Shown here: piece by piece, positions 26,769-34,643 of the stretch
Position numbering within the stretch: the first letter of the stretch is position 1
Layout of the letters: every line of letters begins with the position of its first letter
IMG/VR virus record: IMGVR_UViG_3300029798_000001
DNA length: 64,000 bases
Direction: 5' to 3' (one strand)
Source of the DNA: a virus
Taxonomy: Duplodnaviria > Caudoviricetes
Notes under the pieces: model-generated
Seen by the model: the letters and a program-made list of their open reading frames with translations, nothing else
Databases searched by the model: none
Told to the model about the DNA's origin: nothing
Position numbers and translations under genes: made by a program

Positions 26769-27271
26769 AATCAGACCAAGAATTCGACCGTATGTTTCGC
26801 CAGGAATTTAAGGATATAACTCCTAATTTACTCTGGCAAAATGATGCAGGCGAATACGAAGTATTTGGAAAATATCGCATTATTCCTCAACGCCCCGGAT
26901 ATCAAGTATTTTGTTCAGCTACAGAAGTTGGGAATTTTCATAGTACCAAATCAGCACTAAGTTGGTGTATAGCTGATAAGTTTAACGCATATAATACAGC
27001 TCGTGATATACTAGTATTAGACAATAAATTAGGTGCAATTACCTCCGATATTGTTGTTAGAACAGCGATCGCCGAGCGTAGTACAAAATGGGAATTTAGA
27101 GACAGTATCGGAACCAAGTTAGAAACTAAAATTATCCGTAAAAAACAAGTGGAAAACGAATTGACCAAATGTGTAAACTGGGCTAAATATATTCAATACA
27201 AAGGATTCAATAATGAAACTGCTAGAACTAGCCGCAATACACCCAACAAAGCAGGCCGCCAAGGTCTTTGA
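26765..27271 (+). CDS. Hypothetical protein
   Basis: ORF track; ATGA coupling. Confidence 0.6.
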   Translation: MKSDQEFDRMFRQEFKDITPNLLWQNDAGEYEVFGKYRIIPQRPGYQVFCSATEVGNFHSTKSALSWCIADKFNAYNTARDILVLDNKLGAITSDIVVRTAIAERSTKWEFRDSIGTKLETKIIRKKQVENELTKCVNWAKYIQYKGFNNETARTSRNTPNKAGRQGL

Positions 27272-28127
27272 AAGTTATTTTGGTGGTCGTGTCAAACTTG
27301 ACACTATTACTTCTAAACAAGCTCGCGGCCTATTAAATCGTGTACGCACATTAGTCAAAGAACATCGTCGCACTCCAGAATTTCACCACAGCGAACAAAA
27401 CGCCTCGTATCTTAAATTGATCATGATGGAACAAGTTTTAGCCGCCAAGATCAGAGAAGATGCAACTGTAGCAATTGGGCAACCTGCCGGCGCCACAGCT
27501 AACCAGACAACTTCTACTACACCAGTAGATCCAGTAAAGCAAAAACAAGAAATGCAACAAAAAATTAATTCTACTCAAGATCCGGCACTCAAAGCAGCAT
27601 TAACTAAGAGTGCAGCCGGGCAGTCGCTTAGTCCCGCAGAACAACTATTGGTAACCGGCGCTGCTGTAGCTACCCAAAATGAAAGTCGTAGAAGCCGCCA
27701 ACGCAGATTGCGTGAAGCAAGCGAAGTTCAACAAGCTCAAGTAGTATTAGCCAGTCAAGACATGGTTGATCAAGTTCAAAAAATGAGCGAGCAAGTTAGT
27801 GCTATGCAGTTTAAAGATTTGCCAGCCTTGGTAGATCAAATTAAAAACGAAGTCGGCGGTGAACAAGCTACTCAGTTCAATGGCGATGCAAGTGCTGCAT
27901 TAAGTGGTCTCCTACAAAACTTACAAGGCGCTAAACAGCAATTAGAAGCCGCACTTGGTGTAGTTACTGGACAAGCACCACAAGTTCCAGGCGAAGACAT
28001 GGGCGGAGAATTACCACCAGCCGAAGAAATGCCAGCTGAATTACCAGCACCAGAAGGTGATATCGATGCTGAAATGGATGCTAACCTTGGCGTACCGAAA
28101 GCCTCGTTAGGTCGTGGCCGCAGATAA
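27213..28127 (+). CDS. Helical, acidic-tailed late protein (head internal/scaffold-like candidate)
   Basis: MKLLEL N-terminus; Gln/Ala-rich coiled coil; E/P-rich tail. Confidence 0.6.
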   Translation: MKLLELAAIHPTKQAAKVFESYFGGRVKLDTITSKQARGLLNRVRTLVKEHRRTPEFHHSEQNASYLKLIMMEQVLAAKIREDATVAIGQPAGATANQTTSTTPVDPVKQKQEMQQKINSTQDPALKAALTKSAAGQSLSPAEQLLVTGAAVATQNESRRSRQRRLREASEVQQAQVVLASQDMVDQVQKMSEQVSAMQFKDLPALVDQIKNEVGGEQATQFNGDASAALSGLLQNLQGAKQQLEAALGVVTGQAPQVPGEDMGGELPPAEEMPAELPAPEGDIDAEMDANLGVPKASLGRGRR

Positions 28128-28462
28128 TGCGACTTTTTGAATTTGCAGATTCGAACTCACAGAAATTAATGGCTCTTAGCCAGTTTCTGTCTGGTCGTAG
28201 TGATGATGAATCCGCTAAAAAACAAATTAGTCAACAGGCATTTATTGATTTAGCAAAGAGTCTAGAAGTCAATGTTACCTTAGAGAACCTGGGCGAATTA
28301 ATTGGCCAACCTCCATTGAGCAATGTGTTAGACCCCCTAGACCCACAGTCCGGTGTAGTTAGTTTTAAAGGTGACACAGAAGCCACAACCGGCATGTCAG
28401 TTGACCAAGCCCGTGCTGTGGTAGACTCAAATGCCAAGGCAGCCTTAAAGCGGCGTAGTTAA
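28127..28462 (+). CDS. Hypothetical protein (MRLFEF N-terminus)
   Basis: ORF track; TAATG coupling. Confidence 0.65.
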   Translation: MRLFEFADSNSQKLMALSQFLSGRSDDESAKKQISQQAFIDLAKSLEVNVTLENLGELIGQPPLSNVLDPLDPQSGVVSFKGDTEATTGMSVDQARAVVDSNAKAALKRRS

Positions 28463-28496
28463 AATCCCCAAAACAATTTAGTAGTAAATACAATCT

Positions 28497-29375
28497 ATGG
28501 ACGACCGCATCACAATCAACAAACTTGAATTTTATATTACTAATGTATGTAATTTAACCTGCTCTAACTGTAACAGATATAATAACTATAAATTTGCTGG
28601 TTGGCAAAATTATGATGATTATGCTGAAATTATTCAACGGTGGTCTAAAAAAATCAATGTAGTTAAAGCAATGATCCTAGGCGGCGAGCCGCTGCTTAAT
28701 CCCAGTATTAACAAATGGATCGAGGGTATTCGCACCACATGGCCCGATGGATACTCGCCAGAAATTATTACCAATGGTACTCGTCTTGATTTAGTTGACG
28801 GACTATACGATACTTGCCGTAAACATGGTTCCTGGGTAGCAGTAAGCGTACATCGAGACGCTGATATTGCACCTCTTACTGCTCGAATTAGAAATTTTTT
28901 AACACCACCAATACAAGAAGGTCCAGCCCTGCTGTCAAACACAAATTCAGATTATCAATTCATCGATTCCAACTTTGTTCAGGTTCATATATGGAAAAAT
29001 TTTGATTTTCTACAAAATAATATCATTGAGCGACCAGATGGTACTCGCACACTATGGAAAAGTGATCCGGCGGTAGCACATGCTATTTGCCCCCAAGTTC
29101 TGCATAAAAATTATCATTTTATCAATGGTAAAATTTATAAATGCGGACCGGCACCATTGATGGCCGAATTCGATCAACAATATCCGTTCGATATTTCAGA
29201 CGAAGATCGAGACATAATCCATACAGATCCCGGATTGAGTATTGACGAGTTTGATGAGCATGGCGAAGAATTTTTCAAAAACATCGATAATCCAATTGCG
29301 CATTGTAAATTTTGCCCAGACACATTTGGATGGCATCCAATTGAATTTAGCAATATTAAGCCAAATAAAATTTGA
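28497..29375 (+). CDS. Radical SAM protein with C-terminal Cys cluster
   Basis: CNLTCSNC, LGGEPLL, IITNG; C-terminal CP...KIYKC...CKFC. Confidence 0.88.
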   Translation: MDDRITINKLEFYITNVCNLTCSNCNRYNNYKFAGWQNYDDYAEIIQRWSKKINVVKAMILGGEPLLNPSINKWIEGIRTTWPDGYSPEIITNGTRLDLVDGLYDTCRKHGSWVAVSVHRDADIAPLTARIRNFLTPPIQEGPALLSNTNSDYQFIDSNFVQVHIWKNFDFLQNNIIERPDGTRTLWKSDPAVAHAICPQVLHKNYHFINGKIYKCGPAPLMAEFDQQYPFDISDEDRDIIHTDPGLSIDEFDEHGEEFFKNIDNPIAHCKFCPDTFGWHPIEFSNIKPNKI

Positions 29376-29400
29376 CTTTTAGTGTTAAATACACTATACT
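29372..29400 (+). promoter_or_regulatory. Sigma70-type promoter upstream of the iscU/iscA gene run
   Basis: TTGACT-17-TATACT. Confidence 0.65.
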
Positions 29401-29425
29401 AATACTGTAGTAAAGGAACTATACT

Positions 29426-29752
29426 ATGAAAAAAATTCTATTTGTTTTTCTATTAAGCATTGCTTCTTTGGCTCATGCTGATCGTTGGCGCCACGGTAGT
29501 GGACAATACTACTACCATCCCAGCTACGGTTGGGTAGCCCCTGCAATTATCGGAGGAGCAATTGGGTACAGCATGGCACGCCCGTATTATTATCCCCCAG
29601 CACCATATTACTATATACCTCAACCGATTGTAATTCAACAACAGCCAACTTATATGCAACAACCTTATCCGGCTGTTACAGGATATTATCAGGAAACTAT
29701 TACAGATGCTAACTGCAATTGTTTAAGAACAGTATTGGTTCCTAACCAATGA
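29426..29752 (+). CDS. Secreted Tyr/Pro/Gln-rich protein
   Basis: Signal peptide MKKILFVFLLSIASLAHA; GGAIG segment; C-terminal CNC. Confidence 0.65.
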   Translation: MKKILFVFLLSIASLAHADRWRHGSGQYYYHPSYGWVAPAIIGGAIGYSMARPYYYPPAPYYYIPQPIVIQQQPTYMQQPYPAVTGYYQETITDANCNCLRTVLVPNQ

Positions 29753-29904
29753 AACATATCTGTTTTATCCTTATGATGTTAATTGCTGTAACTGGTACAG
29801 CGGCCGGTCTGCAAGAGCTGGTTAATAGTTTGAAAAAACCTCCTGTGACTGCGCCCCCTGCACCACAGGCACCACACCCACCTAAACCACCGGTAAAGAA
29901 ATAA
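29749..29904 (+). CDS. 51-aa signal-peptide/TM protein with a Pro-rich tail, absent from the ORF track
   Basis: MKHICFILMMLIAVTGTAAG...PPVTAPPAPQAPHPPKPPVKK; ATGA coupling. Confidence 0.55.
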   Translation: MKHICFILMMLIAVTGTAAGLQELVNSLKKPPVTAPPAPQAPHPPKPPVKK

Positions 29905-29905
29905 T

Positions 29906-31300
29906 ATGGCATATTCAGATGCGGTGCTGAAACATTATGAAAATCCGTCTAATGTAGGCAGAATGGACCCGGCTGACGCTGATGTAGGCACAGGACTTGT
30001 GGGAGCTCCGGCATGCGGAGATGTTTTGCGGTTACAAATCAAAGTTGAAGATGGAATTATCACAGATGCAAAATTTAAGACATACGGCTGTTTGACCAGT
30101 AATGCTCCTGTTAATACTCCGACCTGTATTAAAAAAATAAAAGATTTAAAAATTGGTGATACGGTGCTGGCATGGAATGGTGAACTTATTGTCAATCAAA
30201 AAATTCGTGATATAATTAAACATTCAGTTGATATAAAAGATTTGTTGATAATTACTTTTCAGAGAGAAACAAGTAGAAACAATATTAACCCAGGTACTTT
30301 TTCTATTATTTGTACCAAAGAACATATATTCTGGAACGCTGATAATAAACCAATAGAAGCACAGCAATTACAGGCAGGCCAAGAATTGTACGAGATAACT
30401 GAGAATGAATTACGGATCCTTACCAATAATCGTCACCGAACAGAACTTAAACAAAAAAATAGTATAAGAATGAAAAAGTGGAATAAAGAATTTGATCACT
30501 CTTTATTACCTCAAAATCAACCTGGGTATGTGTGTAAAGATTTAAAAACTAAAAAGCAACGAGCAAGTACCGCTTCGATTAAAAACTGGCAAGATCCTGA
30601 TTATATTAAAAAATGGCAACAAGGAATGTCGCAACGAGACTGGTCTAAACCCACCAGCATTGAAAAAAAATATATTGATTTATTTGAAAAAAATAATGTA
30701 GCGGCAAGATGGAGTGCTGGCAAAATATGGATCCAGACAGACGTAGGACCAGCAAGTCCAGATTTTATTGTTCCTGGTAAGAAAAAATGTATAGAAGTTT
30801 ATACAAAGAAAATGCCAAAATTTATGCAAGATAGATCTGAAGAATCTAATTATGTACAAACTCGTAAAGAACAACTTGCAACAGCAGGATATGATTCATT
30901 ATTTTTGGCAATAGAAGATATTGCACACTCATTGCCAGAAGTACAAAATTTTATACATAATGGCATGAAAATTGTTGATATCTCGCCGATCTCTCATCTT
31001 AACCAGTTGCGTGGATGTGAGCGTGATGGTAATTTGGTTGTGGTATACGATTTAAAATTAGATGAAGGTGCTCATGTATATTTTACAAACAGAGTCGGCT
31101 CGCATAATTGTGGGTCGGCGATCGCAAGTAGTTCGCTCGTCACGGAGTGGGTCAAGGGTAAAACGCTGGAGCAAGCTGGCGCAATTAAGAATGCTGAAAT
31201 TGCAGAGGAACTCGCGCTCCCGCCGGTTAAGATTCATTGTAGTATCCTTGCGGAAGACGCTATTAAGGCCGCGATAGCGGACTACCAAAGTAAACACTAA
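29906..31300 (+). CDS. iscU: IscU Fe-S scaffold precursor interrupted by an intein (124 aa after splicing)
   Basis: HYENP.NVG, GAPACGDV, FKTYG|CGSAIASSS, LPPVKIHCSILAEDA. Confidence 0.92.
   Translation: MAYSDAVLKHYENPSNVGRMDPADADVGTGLVGAPACGDVLRLQIKVEDGIITDAKFKTYGCLTSNAPVNTPTCIKKIKDLKIGDTVLAWNGELIVNQKIRDIIKHSVDIKDLLIITFQRETSRNNINPGTFSIICTKEHIFWNADNKPIEAQQLQAGQELYEITENELRILTNNRHRTELKQKNSIRMKKWNKEFDHSLLPQNQPGYVCKDLKTKKQRASTASIKNWQDPDYIKKWQQGMSQRDWSKPTSIEKKYIDLFEKNNVAARWSAGKIWIQTDVGPASPDFIVPGKKKCIEVYTKKMPKFMQDRSEESNYVQTRKEQLATAGYDSLFLAIEDIAHSLPEVQNFIHNGMKIVDISPISHLNQLRGCERDGNLVVVYDLKLDEGAHVYFTNRVGSHNCGSAIASSSLVTEWVKGKTLEQAGAIKNAEIAEELALPPVKIHCSILAEDAIKAAIADYQSKH
30089..31108 (+). mobile_element. 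340-aa intein with an embedded Vsr/DUF559-like endonuclease
   Basis: N-terminal CLTSNAPV, block B CTKEH, block F VYDLKL, terminal SHN followed by Cys; central PTSIEK...SPDF...CIEV...AGY. Confidence 0.88.
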
Positions 31301-31312
31301 AGAGAGTAAAGT

Positions 31313-31507
31313 ATGCCACAAACTAATTTTGATGTAAAAGTGCAACCGTGGTGCCCTATAGAGAATACGCCATACGAAGGCTATTGTATTGGAGAATTTC
31401 CTACCGTAGAAAAACGACCAATTGGCCCGTGCGACCATTTTGAAACTTGTTTAAAGTTTAAAAATACAATGACTAGTTACGAGCAAGAAAATACAACCCA
31501 TCACTAA
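31313..31507 (+). CDS. Small Cys-containing hypothetical protein
   Basis: ORF track; four Cys residues. Confidence 0.45.
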   Translation: MPQTNFDVKVQPWCPIENTPYEGYCIGEFPTVEKRPIGPCDHFETCLKFKNTMTSYEQENTTHH

Positions 31508-31827
31508 TGATTACCGTAACTGATACAGCCGCTAAGAAAATTAAATCTAATTTAGATAAACGCGGGTCCGGTATAGGCATTCGCATTGGTGTAAGAACCA
31601 CCGGGTGTTCGGGACTTGCTTATGTGTTAGAATATGTAGACAGGGTTAATGGTGATGACACAGTATTTGACAGCAACGATGTGCAAGTAATTGTTGATGG
31701 TAAAAGTTTACCCATATTAGGTAATCTTGAGGTAGCCTATGTCCGTCAAGGACTCAACGAAGGCTTTGAGTTTAACAATCCCCAGGCCAAGGATCATTGT
31801 GGTTGCGGGGAAAGTTTTAGAATATAA
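31507..31827 (+). CDS. iscA: IscA/HesB A-type Fe-S carrier
   Basis: ITVTDTAA, TTGCSGLAY, CGCGESF. Confidence 0.92.
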   Translation: MITVTDTAAKKIKSNLDKRGSGIGIRIGVRTTGCSGLAYVLEYVDRVNGDDTVFDSNDVQVIVDGKSLPILGNLEVAYVRQGLNEGFEFNNPQAKDHCGCGESFRI

Positions 31828-31833
31828 TAGAGG

Positions 31834-31862
31834 TTGCTCAACCACTGTAACTCTGTTATAAT
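31834..31862 (+). promoter_or_regulatory. Sigma70-type promoter, leaderless configuration
   Basis: TTGCTC-17-TATAAT with TG extension; ATG 31869 is 6 nt downstream. Confidence 0.6.
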
Positions 31863-31868
31863 TACTTG

Positions 31869-32582
31869 ATGTATAATCCAAAATTTAACTACCACGAACT
31901 ATCACGCACGACTGAAGAAGGCCGTCGCCTATATTCTACACCAGACGGCAACAGAGTTCCTAGTGTAACAACTATCCTGGACAAAACCAAACCAGCAGAA
32001 TCAAAAGCCGCACTAGAGCAATGGCGTAAAAATGTAGGACATGCCAAAGCACAACAAATTACCACAGAAGCCGCAAATCGCGGAACTAGGATGCACACCT
32101 ACTTAGAACACTATGTAAAGAATAATGAACTAAAGGATCGCGGCTCAAACCCGTTTGGTTGGGCAAGTCACGCAATGGCCCAGACTGTTATTGAAGATGG
32201 GCTCATTAATGTGGATGAGTTTTGGGGTGTAGAAATCCCCTTATACTTTCCTAAGTTATATGCTGGAACCACAGATTGCGTGGGCATACATCAAAAAGAT
32301 GAAAGTATCCTAGACTTTAAACAAACTAACAAACCTAAACAAGAAGCTTGGATTACTGATTACAAACTGCAACTTGTAGCATATGCCCTAGCACATAACG
32401 AAGTCCATGGAACTAACATACGCAAAGGTGTAGTTTTAATGTGTGTTAAACCACCCGTGGATGATATGGGTCGTCCGTTAGCCCGCCCTGTTTACCAGGA
32501 ATTTATACTAAAACCTGAGGACTTTGACTACTGGGCAGACCAATGGTGGCGCAGATTAGAGCAATATTACCTACAAGCCTAA
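31869..32582 (+). CDS. PD-(D/E)xK (RecB/Cas4-like) exonuclease
   Basis: PSVTTIL, RGTRMH, YAGTTD, ILDFKQT, QLVAYA. Confidence 0.8.
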   Translation: MYNPKFNYHELSRTTEEGRRLYSTPDGNRVPSVTTILDKTKPAESKAALEQWRKNVGHAKAQQITTEAANRGTRMHTYLEHYVKNNELKDRGSNPFGWASHAMAQTVIEDGLINVDEFWGVEIPLYFPKLYAGTTDCVGIHQKDESILDFKQTNKPKQEAWITDYKLQLVAYALAHNEVHGTNIRKGVVLMCVKPPVDDMGRPLARPVYQEFILKPEDFDYWADQWWRRLEQYYLQA

Positions 32583-32619
32583 CCAGCTAAATACTGGATA
32601 GAATTCAAGGAAGACTAAA

Positions 32620-34203
32620 TTGGCCATTGTTCAAATATCCCAAATTACAAACCGTAAAGGTTTACAAATTGACTTACCACAATTAGCTGGTGCTGAGCTT
32701 GGCTGGAGCACAGATACTCGCCAACTGTACATCGGTAATGGCACAATAGCCGACGGTGCACCTGTTATTGGTAATACTGAAATTTTAACAGAATTTAGTG
32801 ATATCTTAGCATTTACTACAACATATACCTACAAAGGTCAAGCAGCTGGGTATACTGTACAAACAGGACCTACAGCTGGCACTCCGATCACTAATAGTTT
32901 ACAATCGTGGCTAGATCAATTTGCCAGTGTATTAGATTTTGGTGCCGTCGGCGATGGCATTACAGATAACACCGCCGCCATCAACCGTGCATTATATCAA
33001 TTATATTGCCGAGAAATAAATCCACAAATTCGTCGTAGTTTATTCTTTCCAGCCGGTGTTTATCTAGTTAGCGGAACTATTAATATTCCTCCATATGCTA
33101 CATTATATGGTGAAGGATTAGATAATTCAATAATTTCTTTAGTTGATGCCAGTGGCGCTGTACCTTATGCAGCACAGACTGCAGATAGTCTACAACAAAC
33201 CGGAGTTAATATTGGAACTAATAGTGCTATACCTCCACAGTATATTACTATTAATAATCTTGGATTCCAAAGTGTTGATCCACAATCTAATCCGTTCCTA
33301 GTTGGCCAAGCAACTAATTGCCGTTTTCAAAATGTAGGTTTTTACGGACCGTTGACTGTAGCCGAGTTGATTACAAACACAAATGCGACGGTTGGTGTAG
33401 ATTTTATTAGCACACCTAGTTTAATTTGTAGTCAACTTGTATTTGATGCGTGTGCGTTTAATGGAACAGTATATGGAGTTAATACTGATCAGGAATTACA
33501 AGGTATAACCTTTACAAATTCTGAATTCAACACTTTACATCAAGGTATTTTATTAGGAACCGGAACGCCTGTTAATGGTGGTGCAACCGGAGTTCGTATT
33601 ACCGGTAATTTATTTGACAACATTTATCTTGAAGGCATCATATTTGGTGACATCAGTTTAAATGCATCAGGTCATAATATTTTTTACGATGTTGGCAATC
33701 AGTTCACTGGATCCACAGGAACCCCTGCATCGTCGATTATTAATATACAGAATAATAATAATTTAAGTATTAGTGATCTTTTCCAACGCACTCCAACATA
33801 TGCTATAACTTGGCCTTGTGTACAATTAAATGATACCGCTAGTATAGCTACTACTAACGGTGAACAATTGGCCATGGGCTCCTACATTAGACAAAGTGGT
33901 AGTACAGTTAACATAGTAAACAATAGTACGGCAACACTTTTTACAATAAATGCATTACAAATACAAGCATTCAGTATTGATTATACAATTACCCGAGCTA
34001 CTGCTTATCAAACAGGAACAATACTTGTATCAGTTAACGGTAGTACTACTGATTTAACCTTTTCTCAAGATTATGTAGAAAATGAAACAACTGGAGTAAC
34101 AGTATCCGTTACTCAAGCTAGTAATACAGTTTCTATAGCATACACATCGTCTAACACCGGCACTCCGGGAACATTTAAATATTCTATTAACTATCTAGCT
34201 TAA
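32620..34203 (+). CDS. Virion tail/baseplate-associated protein with pectate-lyase-like beta-helix entry motif
   Basis: ELGWSTDTRQLYIGNG head; SVLDFGAVGDG..DNTAAI...FPAGVY; late CTAAATA at 32587-32593; TTG start. Confidence 0.65.
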   Translation: MAIVQISQITNRKGLQIDLPQLAGAELGWSTDTRQLYIGNGTIADGAPVIGNTEILTEFSDILAFTTTYTYKGQAAGYTVQTGPTAGTPITNSLQSWLDQFASVLDFGAVGDGITDNTAAINRALYQLYCREINPQIRRSLFFPAGVYLVSGTINIPPYATLYGEGLDNSIISLVDASGAVPYAAQTADSLQQTGVNIGTNSAIPPQYITINNLGFQSVDPQSNPFLVGQATNCRFQNVGFYGPLTVAELITNTNATVGVDFISTPSLICSQLVFDACAFNGTVYGVNTDQELQGITFTNSEFNTLHQGILLGTGTPVNGGATGVRITGNLFDNIYLEGIIFGDISLNASGHNIFYDVGNQFTGSTGTPASSIINIQNNNNLSISDLFQRTPTYAITWPCVQLNDTASIATTNGEQLAMGSYIRQSGSTVNIVNNSTATLFTINALQIQAFSIDYTITRATAYQTGTILVSVNGSTTDLTFSQDYVENETTGVTVSVTQASNTVSIAYTSSNTGTPGTFKYSINYLA

Positions 34204-34616
34204 TGTGGCCTGTAAACTTTGCCGATAGGCTCTCTGCCTGGGCCGATCTTCGTAGTCGATGTCAGTCTCTTGATTTAGAACCCGCCTTAACCGCCGTTAA
34301 TCAATGGTGGTTTAATTCTCCTTGGCAACCTTACTACCTACACTGGGATGACCAGCCCAACTGGCCAGACCCTTGGCAACTTTTGAGTGATAATGTCTAT
34401 TGTGATCTTGCAAAAGCTCTCGGAATCCTGTATACTATAAGTCTAATGGACCGTGCGGATATGGCGGATGCAGAGCTGGTTTCTACCGAAGATGGCAGTA
34501 ATTTAGTCCTAGTGGCAAAAGAAAAATATATACTTAATTGGAACAAAGATTCAATCGTAAATAACAAACAAAAAGTTAAACCGGTCCGGCAGTTGCAACA
34601 ACACCAAATAAAATAG
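34203..34616 (+). CDS. Hypothetical protein, weakly transglutaminase-like
   Basis: DNVYCDLAKALG resembles the transglutaminase-like catalytic Cys helix. Confidence 0.45.
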   Translation: MWPVNFADRLSAWADLRSRCQSLDLEPALTAVNQWWFNSPWQPYYLHWDDQPNWPDPWQLLSDNVYCDLAKALGILYTISLMDRADMADAELVSTEDGSNLVLVAKEKYILNWNKDSIVNNKQKVKPVRQLQQHQIK

Positions 34617-34643
34617 TAGTATATTAAAACGAACGAGAGTAGA

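Noticed and set aside
32584-32596. Late promoters inside tiny inverted repeats (CAG-CTAAATA-CTG, also at 9824) as N4-like hairpin promoters
   Set aside because: The stems are only 3-4 bp and most other late motifs lack them.
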